Of a stretch of DNA of 64,000 nt, positions 10,366 to 20,726 are shown piece by piece. Origin of the DNA: Asterionella formosa (taxonomy: Eukaryota); contig NKIB01012868.1 in assembly GCA_002256025.1 (NCBI GenBank), positions 1 to 64,000 on the forward strand. Direction: 5' to 3'. Numbering within the stretch: position 1 is the stretch's first letter; each line of letters begins with the position of its first letter. Both the position numbers and the translations under genes were made by a program. The notes under the pieces were generated by a model, which saw only the letters and a list, made by a program, of their open reading frames with translations, did not search any database and had not been told where the DNA came from.

Positions 10366-11784
10366 ATGTCGGAACTGGCAATTGAACTGACGGGCTCCAC
10401 GACGCCTCCTGACTGCAACCACGGGGAGTGGTCATTGCAGGAAGAAGAAATATTCCTACGTGCTTTGAAGGACTTTGGAGTGGGAAATTCGAAGGGAATT
10501 GCTACTGTGCTAACTACCAGGTATCGTAACTGATTCAAACAGTCTATTGCTTGCATTTTATGTTAGAACTATGTAATATGACTGCTAGAAAGGGTTGTTG
10601 GTTCAAACAAAGCACTCACAAAGTTCTATCGTTGTCACAGATCCTTACTTCAAATCGAAACCCATTGTCAGAATTATTTGCTCCGAAATGAAGCAATACC
10701 CTCGGGAGACGGTCAAGAAATAGATACCATGGAAAGTTTGGACTCTGACGGTGCAAAGACAATAAGAAATGACAACGAGGATAGAAACCATTCTGTTTTA
10801 GCAGAATCGAATGCCGACCATAGTGGTACTAAAAAAGGATGCGTCACTGAAAGCGATCACATTTCGCAATCTACGGAATTCAATAGAGCTGACATAGTAA
10901 GCGTATCGCAGCAACCGACTTTCGCTATCGACGGAGCCAGCACAGTTATTCGACTCGGTGCAACCAGTATGGCATTCCCAATCGGGTCTATGGTCGTCAA
11001 TCCTCGTGATGAGGATATTGTGGCCACCCGCAGTAAACGTTGGGCAGACCACATTGGAACCGTATTTTATCGTAACCTTATCGTCCATTCGATACAAAAG
11101 CTAGTGGAAGGCTCTGAAGTTTCACAATCGCAATTGGCTGACCGAATTTTGAGAATTCTCACGAAGGACCGACGAGGATTATTTCTCTTGGAGAAGGATG
11201 ATGGAACCTTGGTCGTTATGAATGCTTCAGCAGCGCGAAACAAAGTTACACTGGCCTTGACACGAGGCAGAAAAGCGGAACACCGCAGAAAGGAGCAAGA
11301 ACTTGGCCTTGTTCATAAGAAAATAAAACCAGCTAAAGAAGGCAAGGTGCTGAACATGACATCGAGTGCCGTAACCAAAAATGTCAATGCTCCCATAGAG
11401 AAATTGATCTCGGCAGACCGAGTAAAAGTAGGATCATTGGAATACCATTCAAAAGGAGGAGCATCGGTATACTTAGCGAAGGAAGGATCAATTGCCGTTC
11501 CCGAATACACATTATCTCTCATTTCTTTCATGTGCAATCAGACTGACCCACAAGCCGCACTGACTGCGCTGGACAATCCACTCTTGAAAAATGAAGATGA
11601 TGGTCAACGTGAGATAAGACTGCAGCTACGTCATCGATACATCGCATCGTTATCTGTCGGAATTTCAACACAAACCTTTTCTCAGAGATTAATGCAAATC
11701 TGGGGCGGTTCCGTGATACAAGTGAACCAAATTGATAAGTTGCCACAAGAACTCGTTCCAGGAAGAACAGGGCATAAGTTTTAA
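10366..11784 (+). CDS. Myb-like (SHAQKYF-class) transcription factor with DUF6824-like domain; exons 10366-10520, 10641-11784
   Basis: Splicing intron 10521-10640 (GTATCG...CACAG) gives GEWSLQEEEIFLRALKDFGVGNSKGIATVLTTRSLLQIETHCQNYL, in frame with ORF 10678. NPRDEDIVATRSKRWADHIGTVFYRNLI resembles the diatom-expanded DUF6824. Confidence 0.8.
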
Positions 11785-12310
11785 TAAGATAATTTGCTTC
11801 TGGGACTACCGGTAAGCCCTTTAGTTTGAACCGAACAATGCGAAATTGGAGAATCAATATTTCTTTAGACCCAGTGTTGTTGCCAACTGATACCCTGACA
11901 TTCGAGGGAACGGCCTGTTCCGTCAACAGCTAAGAAACATGAATTCTTGTCCATTGCAATGAAGTCAACGTAATAAGAAGCGGCTTGCTACAGAAGTTTA
12001 TGGGGACCAATAGCAATAACCCAATCGTATCTTCCAAACGAGAATACACCCCAATCTGAAATGAGGTTTACATTATGCTGTTGTCGTGGTCAGACTGTAT
12101 GCTTCACATTTTTGCAACACAATGTAACATAAGAATACGATTTGTTGAAATCGCCATCTTATCGATCGACAAGGAGAGATGTGATCATGAAGCTAAGCGA
12201 GAATCGCAAAACGATGGCTAACTAGGTACGATAGGTAACCTTCAACATCTAACTTCTTGCTGTGGAATTATCAGCTCCTTATTGTTGGTAAAGGTAAAAA
12301 ATGCATCAAA

Positions 12311-13360
12311 CTACGCGTCAATATCGTCCGACCATTTTTGCTGGGCCTTGGAAAGACATTTCCTTGATTCTTTCAGCAAATTTTCACCGTAACGAAGGTC
12401 TAAATCAGCAAACGCTTTCTCGATCATATTTTCCTGCGAAGTATCGTCCTCGAACTCTTTAGCTTCTCTGTCGTCATCGTTCAAACCGTTCCCAGCATCG
12501 AGGATGGCAACCAATTCTGCTAGTTTTACCTGTGCTTCATTAAGAAGTTTCAGAATTTTTGTCTTCTGTCGCAACTTTGGAGGCTTCTCATCTGAGTTAC
12601 CTTCTAGAGAAAACGTTTTTTCATCGTAATCATCATCATCATCATAATCATCCTCTAAAAATTCTACATGAGGTTCATTAGTCTGATGGCTTTCCGTTTG
12701 ACCATTCAAGGTTTCAAACGTTGCTTCGTCCCTTGCTTGAGAAATGATTTCGCTCATTTGATCTTCATATGACAAAGGAATGGCCAAGAGATCAAGCTTA
12801 GGCTTTTCATCGCACGCTATTGCCGACGATAGTCCCAAGGACCGCAACCCGCGATTTATGTCTCGCATTCGCTCGCTATCTGTTTTGAATCCAGAAGGTA
12901 ACGACGCATTAAGTTCCATCAACCTTTCTTCTAGAGAGGCAGCCTGTTGCGTTGCCGATAATTCTGGCACGTCGCTCGCTAAGGCAACTTCTTTGGAAAA
13001 AAGTGCCATGAATAATCGCAATCGACATTCAGCATCGTCCACTGACAAAGTCGACTTGAAAGGATCCTCTTTGGCTTCCGCCCGCTCTTTATCTTCTTTA
13101 ACTTCCTTCGTCAGCGCTTGAATCAAGACTTGGCGAGCCCGATACAGGTATTCGCGCGATTGTACATGATAGAGTTGCGCAATGCGCATGGCTTCTTCGT
13201 CCACTGGCAAAGTGTCGGCGGCGAGTTTGCAAAGGAGTTCTGTTGCCTGGGAAAATTCGGCGGAAGCATCCCAGTATTCTTCGCTATTCTCGTGGGAATT
13301 ACCTCTCTCAATGCATTGGAAAACTTGGTCAAGTTCCTCGTTCGCTGAGTCTGCAACCAT
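12311..13360 (-). CDS. Acidic uncharacterised protein with MIT-like N-terminal helical bundle
   Basis: 349-aa ORF. The N-terminal pattern (..GNSHE..YWDASAEFSQA...EYLYRA) resembles a MIT domain; coiled coil follows. Confidence 0.65.
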   Translation of the reverse strand: MVADSANEELDQVFQCIERGNSHENSEEYWDASAEFSQATELLCKLAADTLPVDEEAMRIAQLYHVQSREYLYRARQVLIQALTKEVKEDKERAEAKEDPFKSTLSVDDAECRLRLFMALFSKEVALASDVPELSATQQAASLEERLMELNASLPSGFKTDSERMRDINRGLRSLGLSSAIACDEKPKLDLLAIPLSYEDQMSEIISQARDEATFETLNGQTESHQTNEPHVEFLEDDYDDDDDYDEKTFSLEGNSDEKPPKLRQKTKILKLLNEAQVKLAELVAILDAGNGLNDDDREAKEFEDDTSQENMIEKAFADLDLRYGENLLKESRKCLSKAQQKWSDDIDA

Positions 13361-13859
13361 TGCGTGATTCGTGCCAATGATTGTCCCAAAATATGATCAA
13401 TCCCACTCGAGTGATGCGAAAGGCTTCGTCCTCTTCTTGCTTCGTATTTCTAGTTCGTTACTTCAACCAATGGTAAGCCACTGTGTTTGTCACTTTCTTT
13501 GATGTCTGGTGATCAATTGATGGGTTCCAGTCGCTTGTTGTTCATCGGCCAGGTCGATTTACCTATGATGTCAATGACTTAACAGAGGCACTCTGCGTCC
13601 ATTACACACCTGGTATATCACGAGCAGCATTCATCACTGTTGTATCCAAGTCGTCCTCGGATATGGGCTACTTGTTTTGTATAAAAAAGGATTATGAGTA
13701 ATACATGTATTTAAATTAGAGAAAAAGTAACATAATATTTCAAAACAGTAACATAATATTTCAGAAAAGTAGCATAAATACGTCACTTTAGACATAAATT
13801 CGAAAAAGCCCCGTAAACGGCGTCTTAGATGTGGGCAAAGGATTCTCTGTTGGTTTCTT

Positions 13860-14526
13860 TTGTTTTGATTGGTCTGTCACCATGAGTTTCTTGTCAATTA
13901 TTGTGGTTCTTTCATCTGCTTGCTGTTCAGTATGTGCTGTGTAGGTACAGTGGGACGAAAACGGTATGTCTGGATTTGGACATCATCAATAGCCTTACTC
14001 AATTTAATGATGCTGTTGGGTGGATTTCGTGGTCTATCTCTGTGAGTTTCTTGTTAGTTCTTGTGGTCCTTTCATCTGTTTGTTGTTCAGTATCTACTGT
14101 TTAGGTACGGCGGGATGGAAACGGTCTGTCTGGATCTGATTTGGATGCTTGGACGTCGTCAATAGGTTTGCTCAATTTAATGATGGTGTTGGGTGGATTT
14201 CGGTCATTTAGGTCTATCTCCATGAGTTTCTTGTCAATTCTTGTGGTTCTTTCATCCGCTTGTAGTGTGTTGTATACTGTGTAGGAACGGTGCGACGGAA
14301 ACGGTCTGTTTGCATCTGAATTGGATGCGTGGACATCGTCAAAAGCCTTACTCAGTTTAATGATGCTGTTGGGCGGATTTCGGTCATTTTGGTCTGTCTC
14401 CATGAGTTTCTCGTCAATTTCTGCGGTTCTTTCATCTGCTTGTAGCGTGTTGTATACGTTGTAGAGGAAGTTGCGCTGAAATGGACTCAGTTGATGGTGC
14501 AGCTGTAAATATACATCATCCTCCAT
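13860..14526 (-). repeat. ~180-bp tandem repeat (about 3.5 units) encoding a decaying 60-aa repeat ORF
   Basis: Unit marker (c/t)(a/g)tgagtttct recurs at 13881, 14041, 14221 and 14401. ORF 14101-14526 contains two YNTLQADERT..DRNPPN..IIKLSK..RPFPS units. Confidence 0.8.
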
Positions 14527-15520
14527 GGTGAAAGAGGGTGCTTACCAGTGCTAGTAGGACCTTTGTGATAGTACTAGCTTAGTTTCTTCCAATTACTTTT
14601 GGTGCTTTGACAAAATTGTGTGAGTGCATTGAGGCTTCATTAGGAAAAAATGCAATTTTTGCAAAAAAGTGTCTGAAAATGCACAAACTGTCAGTCAGGG
14701 GAATTCATGATATTGCACACAATGCGAGCGAATTTTCTAATTGTACAAAGAGCATGCAGTTTATGGTTACATGTCTATAAATGTATGTCTATATTTAACT
14801 TCGAAATGACCTGCTCAAGATTCCATAGATAGATGAACCAAGACAATTGGTATCATGTACATGATAGTCAGTACAAAATTATGCCTTTAGGTATTTTCTT
14901 GCATTTTGAGATGTTGGGCCCTCTCTAGGATATCTATTGCTCATGTTTTCTCATCTATTTGTACAGTAGATAGAAATAATTATGTAATAGGCGTTATCAA
15001 GCTTGTCACTGCAGACTCAACAATATCGCGCTTTTGTTTGTATCCTCAAAATTGAGAAAACGATGACAAAAACAAATGCTAGTGGCAATTTCAAATTTTT
15101 GATGTCAATATTGGTGTAAAATTTTTTATTATCAAACGATTATCTCGTCTACATTTGGCTAGATATATGTATGAAATAGCAATAGTGCATTGTCAATCTT
15201 CATATATTCAGTCCAATAATTTCGTCATGGTCAAGGCGGAGTTGCTGTCTCATCGTCCCCCTACTACAGCAGTACAAATCAAAATTGATTATGTAGCTAT
15301 GTATGTTCCTGATATGACCTTGACTTTCTCGCCAATGGAAAACGCGGTCATATTCTTGTCCACTGCCTCCTCGGTGCAATGCTTTCAGTACAAACAAACA
15401 GGCCCAACTAAGCTAACAACTGGGATACATCAACAATAAAGAAAAAGACGATGGATCTAAATTGCTGCATTTATTGTTAGCTGCTTCTGTATTTACTCGT
15501 AGCGAAGTACCTCTATGTAC

Positions 15521-15790
15521 AAACGGCAGTCAATTGGCTGAGGGGCCATAGTAATCAAATTCCCTTAAATAAACGGCAGTCGATTTTGGCAATAAAAACT
15601 AGGGGCAATAGAAAATATTGAAGGTAGTTTGGCAGCCGAAAACGGATCATTTGAAATATTCAAAATATGTTTTATAAGAAGGGCAATTCCCGGTGCCACT
15701 CGTTCGGTCAACCTACTCTCGCCTCCCAAGCCTCGAACACAAGAATACTCGCAGGCAGTCTCCACCCTCAATCATGTCTTACCTTCAGTA
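15521..15790 (-). mobile_element. Dispersed repeat, copy A (inverted partner at 52024-52363)
   Basis: 15693-15790 matches the reverse complement of 52024-52121 at about 96/98. Adjacent ~170 bp is more diverged. Shared boundary TACTGAAGG; multiple GACTGCC sub-repeats. Confidence 0.8.
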
Positions 15791-15808
15791 GGAGAATTCA
15801 CATCCAGA

Positions 15809-16825
15809 ATGCTGACTGCAGCCTCTCGCTACACCAAGGCCTTCTGTTTTGTTCATGTTTATTCGCTGGTTTCATCCCTTCGTTTACCATGGCAGCAAAA
15901 TCGAAGGCAGTTGTTAGAGCGATCCAGTACCTTGATAGTCGCTACATGGTTGGATGGTGCGAACGATGCTCACGCTGCTCGAGGAGCAGCCGAACTGGAT
16001 TTTGAATATTACATTAGAGATATGATTGGAGGTAATGCGAAAGAAGGGAACGTTCAATCATCCCCTTTTCCCGAAGCAGGAACACCAAGAACCCTGAAAG
16101 ACCCGTTACTATCACTTATGCTTGACGACGACTGTACTTCAGCATGTATTCCTGCCAAGGCATTACTAGAATTGGCCCCTACTGCCAATTTGTCTGACAA
16201 GGTTAAGCAGTATAGATCCAGGGTCAGTCGATCCTTTGCCACCCGCGCACCTTGGCAAAACGAACATGTCACGGACCAATTCTACTTTGATTTGACAGCC
16301 TACGCAATGTGGCGCTCAGCTGCTGATTTTCTGCCGAATTACGTTGAGAGAGATCGCTTTGCCAGAAATGTTGGTCGGGGAATCTATCAAACAGCTACTA
16401 ATATCGGACTGCTAGAAACTCTCGTCAACAAAAAGGAAATGCAAACGCTGAGTTCCACTATTCCATCAATGACGGAAATATTGAACCTCTTTGTGAATAG
16501 TGGCTACTGTAGAGACTACAGAATAGGTGATAACACCAAGGCTGTGATTTTCGACGCTCTGGATGACGAAACATTGGCGGATGGGGCCTCAGTAGATTGC
16601 TTGATATCTGTCTTCGAACCTGCTACCCTTGGAGCAAGCCTTCAAATTACTGGGGAACAAAGTCGATTTGCTCCAGAATTTGTGGGGACAACCTTGGCCG
16701 CCATGTGGGAAGCAGTTGGCGTGAAATCCAGGTTTGAGACATACTTCGTCGACAACGAATACAGACCGAATCCTAAGGACTACTTTCCAAATGAGCAACT
16801 ACTTCAATTCACATTACAAAGATGA
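15809..16825 (+). CDS. Putative plastid thylakoid-lumen protein of unknown function
   Basis: Signal-like N-terminus, twin-Arg NRRQLL, hydrophobic stretch, then AHA cleavage motif before ARGAAELDFEYY. The ORF-track extension to 15629 lies inside the repeat. Confidence 0.72.
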   Translation: MLTAASRYTKAFCFVHVYSLVSSLRLPWQQNRRQLLERSSTLIVATWLDGANDAHAARGAAELDFEYYIRDMIGGNAKEGNVQSSPFPEAGTPRTLKDPLLSLMLDDDCTSACIPAKALLELAPTANLSDKVKQYRSRVSRSFATRAPWQNEHVTDQFYFDLTAYAMWRSAADFLPNYVERDRFARNVGRGIYQTATNIGLLETLVNKKEMQTLSSTIPSMTEILNLFVNSGYCRDYRIGDNTKAVIFDALDDETLADGASVDCLISVFEPATLGASLQITGEQSRFAPEFVGTTLAAMWEAVGVKSRFETYFVDNEYRPNPKDYFPNEQLLQFTLQR

Positions 16826-16917
16826 CGCTATGATTGGTAAAACCACGCGAGACTACATACGATGGCATCAAGACTGAATGGTAGTTTCGACTCAAATTGT
16901 AACTCATATGGAACTGT

Positions 16918-18553
16918 TCATTTACCCTTTTTCTTCTTCTTTTTGTTGCTACTGCTTGGTACTGGCCTTCCTCCGGGACTTCCTCCGGGACTTCCTCCGC
17001 GTTTTGTAGTAGTCGCTGTCAGTAGCGTCGGCTCATCACCCATAGGTGTGAAGGTCATTTCACCCGCTCCTCCGCCTATGGACGGCATCGATATGATTGT
17101 TTTGACAGTGGCTGTTTTCGCCGCTGTCTTTGCAGCAATATCTCGAACCTTTCTCATGTCAGCCAAACGAGATTCCAACTTCTTTCCTTCACTGGTTGCT
17201 GATGATCCACCAGCTGCTCCTATGCCCAGCAATCCATCAACGAAGCGCTCAGGTTCAAACTAGGTAAAATAAAGGTTAGCAAGGCGATCAAAGGTAAGAA
17301 AAATAGTAGAAGTTTTCAACTTACATCGCGAAGGTCTTCGATACGCTCTCCAACGCCGATAAGCTTCACAGGGAGGCCAAGTTCTCGGCTCACGGCAACG
17401 ACACTTCCTCCACGAGCACTACCATCAAGCTTAGTTAGAATGAGACCAGACAAGCCAATCTCTTTGTTCCATACCTTTGCAGAGTCTAACGCCATTCTCC
17501 CTTGAGCAGCATCTAGTACTAGCAAAGTCTCATGAGGAACCGCTTTGTTTGCCATAGGTTTCCCTTCAGAATCAAGTTGAATCGACAATCGCTTTTCGAT
17601 TACCCTCTTCATCTTCGCAAGTTCAGCAGTCAGCGCATCATTATTGCTCAGACGACCAGAAGTATCCACTAAGAGGGTATCATAGTTTTCTTTCAATGCC
17701 TTTTCCAATGCCCCATATAGGACAGCACTTGGAGACGACATCTTTTCATTCGGAACAAAGCAATCACATCCAGCCCGTTCTGACCATTGCACTAACTGTT
17801 CAACAGCTCCTGCCCGAAAAGTATCGCAAGCTGCCATCAGGACCGTTTGGTTTCCTTCTGTTCGAAGGCGGTGTGCTAATTTTCCAATTGTAGTAGTTTT
17901 TCCCATACCGTCTGAAACAAAAATGTGAGCAGCGAAAAAGGAATCGGCAAAGCGCAATGCACCTGTAACTTACTTGCTCCCATAATGAAGAGGACAGTTG
18001 GCAACTTATCCTCGGAGAATTGTATTGTTCCAGGAATTCCAGTATCCAAAGCTTCGATTAACTTTCCTCGCATGACACTCAAGAGATCCTCTCGCGACGT
18101 AAATCGCTGTCCAGCTGCTTGAAGCGACTTAACTTCAGCAACAATGTCGTCTGACGTCTTCATTCCTAAATCAGATTGTATCAAGATGTCTTGAAGTTCT
18201 TTGAGCAAATTTTCAGAATTTCCAGTCAATAGCAGCTCCATGTTTTGCAAGAGACGATCCCGACTCTTAGCAAGGCCGGATGCAAAGGCGACGTTCGTCT
18301 CTGACGTGTAAGCAGCAGCTTCCCTCAAGCCTGCTCCAAGCTTTCCCTTGGAGGCAGCATCTGCCAATTTGGTAACTTGATCCACACCTTCACTAGCGCG
18401 TTTCTTGAAAAAATCAAAGACCATGTTCAATTCTGCCTTGCTACGGGCTCTCTTGGTCCATGGCGATGGAGGGATGCGGACAAAGGCGGTCGATACGTTC
18501 AAGCATGTCGAAATGGAAATGATGGTTGTGGTGGCCCAAATAAATGTTCTCAT
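16918..18553 (-). CDS. cpFtsY: Chloroplast SRP receptor FtsY; exons 18553-17974, 17911-17325, 17259-16918
   Basis: Signal peptide ending STA-F. Spliced P-loop GANGMGKTTT; DTFRAGA, DTSGR, TKLDGSARGG, IGVGE..EDL. Introns 17973-17912 and 17324-17260, both GTAAGT...AG. Confidence 0.95.
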
Positions 18554-18945
18554 TTTATGTATTTCTTTCCCACACGGAGACTTCCGATTGTAAATCTAGA
18601 TCAATGGTGCACTCAAGAAAGCGTGGAAGCAAGGAGAACGAACTGTATTTACAGCGAAGGAGGCAAGGCAACGCAGTCTATGCATCGATCAGTGAATGAT
18701 TTCATACGTGATGTAATGTTCATCATGATGTGTCACTACAATTTATGATGATGATGACGATAATGATTTCCTTATATGTAGTACTGCCGCATCTACATCA
18801 AACATTTATAAATACCATATATTGTTTTATAATACCGGAAATTTAATATAAAATAAGAATACCCTACTAGTCTTACCTTTCTCACATTATTTTGTCACTA
18901 CCGGGATTAATAACGAGAGAGACTTTGGTTTCGAGAGCGGCAACG

Positions 18946-20259
18946 ATGACGACGACGGCAATCGAATCCGCCGAGATGTCACAGAATATTCCAAGATCGC
19001 AAAATAAAAAGAGTTGGCATGAAAAAGCATTTGAGTTTGATGCAATGGAAAGAATTCAGGAGATCGATCCTGCCGATGGAAATCCAAAGCTCGCTCAAGG
19101 TGCCTTTGGTGAAATTTCAATTGCAATAGACACTCAACAACGTTGGAGATTGGCAGCAATCAAGACAATTATAACTGCCTCGACGCCTTTTAAGAATCCG
19201 TGGACTGGATTCGGGACCACGAAGCCAAGCGAGCAATCTTCGAAACAAAATCTACCCAAGGAAACGTTCAATGAAATTATGGCGCTCAGGCTACTTAATC
19301 CCCACCCTTGTATTGTCCCCTTTTTGGGAATATGCGCTTCTAGAAATCAAATGATGTGCCCTGGTGCTTTGTCATTAGCGTTTGCGTACAGCCCCATCGA
19401 TCTGTATATTCTACTTGAATACAGAAAGAGAATTCTAGGTGGACCCCTTAGCTTTCCTCTTGTGAAAACACTTTCGAAGGACATTGTCACTGCTCTACAA
19501 CACTGTCACTCCCATGGAATTTTACATAGAGATCTAAAACCAGGAAACCTTTTGCTTACATCGGAAGGAAGAGTGCAACTTTGCGATTTTGGTCTAGCCA
19601 AACCGTGTCCACCCCTGGTTGAATACAATGAGACCTTGTCTCCAATAGACCCATGTGCTACTGGATCGAAAGGCATGTGCACGCTATACTACCGACCTCC
19701 TGAGGTCTTACTGGGAGGATCAGCGACCCACCCTTCCGTAGACATGTATAGTGCCGGCCTTGTAATTGCTGAAATAGCCTGTGGTCGACCAGTCTTCGAC
19801 GGTAGGAGCGTCCTTGAACAGTTAGGAAAGATCTTCGCAGTTCTCGGGTCCCCTTCAAAAACCAACTGGAAGGATGCTCAAGAGCTACCAGACTGGGGGA
19901 AATTGAGCTTTCATCCAGTCGAACCAGTAGCTCTCAACGATGTTCTTCCGCGGACGACAGAATGCCCTCACCTACTTAGCTTTCTCGAGAGCTTAATCGC
20001 CTTGAACCCAAAGGATCGGACGGATGCCAACTCAGCATTGATGAATGAATGGTTCTCTACCAAACCAGAGGCTTCACCTCATGCACAAGTTGTAGCCCTC
20101 ATTCCAGATGAGTTGAGGCCGCCTTTACTTTTCACATCTCCATCGTCAAAGAAGATAGCATTGTCAGTTGCTGCGGCACGACGATTGTTCTGGGTTCCAC
20201 CGAAGGAAAAGTTGTTGTACTTGTCCATCGATGAGATCGATACATATATTGCTCAGTAA
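18946..20259 (+). CDS. CMGC/CDK-like Ser/Thr protein kinase
   Basis: AQGAFG, AAIK, HRDLKPGN, DFG, TLYYRPPE, VDMYSAG. First in-frame ATG at 18946. Confidence 0.9.
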   Translation: MTTTAIESAEMSQNIPRSQNKKSWHEKAFEFDAMERIQEIDPADGNPKLAQGAFGEISIAIDTQQRWRLAAIKTIITASTPFKNPWTGFGTTKPSEQSSKQNLPKETFNEIMALRLLNPHPCIVPFLGICASRNQMMCPGALSLAFAYSPIDLYILLEYRKRILGGPLSFPLVKTLSKDIVTALQHCHSHGILHRDLKPGNLLLTSEGRVQLCDFGLAKPCPPLVEYNETLSPIDPCATGSKGMCTLYYRPPEVLLGGSATHPSVDMYSAGLVIAEIACGRPVFDGRSVLEQLGKIFAVLGSPSKTNWKDAQELPDWGKLSFHPVEPVALNDVLPRTTECPHLLSFLESLIALNPKDRTDANSALMNEWFSTKPEASPHAQVVALIPDELRPPLLFTSPSSKKIALSVAAARRLFWVPPKEKLLYLSIDEIDTYIAQ

Positions 20260-20307
20260 ATTCTCTCAACCCCATACTAATTTTTAGAATTCTTTTGCTA
20301 ATTTAGA

Positions 20308-20683
20308 TTATTTTTTACCTCTCTCTCTCTGGTTTGGGTTATTCCAGTGAGGATACTGATTATGAATTTGTGCTTGATCATAATCAAAAGTGGGGTCAGA
20401 TATCTGTGAGAGATGGAGATCAAAACCGCCAAGGTTGGTTATGCTTGCTTGAACAGTTTCCATTGAATTCCCAGAGTTGTTTGCTACGTCTGCTTGCATT
20501 CCATACATTTCATTTGCAGGTTGATACTGGTGGAAATAGTGCTGGCGCTGCAGCTGCAGCTGCTCTTGCTGTCTAGACATGTTGGGTTGTACATTGGGTA
20601 GATGGCCTATACTGTGGGCAGTCACTCCCATCTGATGTTGGTGGTGATAGTACTGCTGTAAATGCTGCTGCTGCTGTTGCTGC

Positions 20684-20726
<43 letters not shown>

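Noticed and set aside
13860..14480. CRISPR-like periodicity (also 30200-30870)
   Set aside because: Whole units are repeated, with no unique spacers and no cas genes; eukaryotic context.
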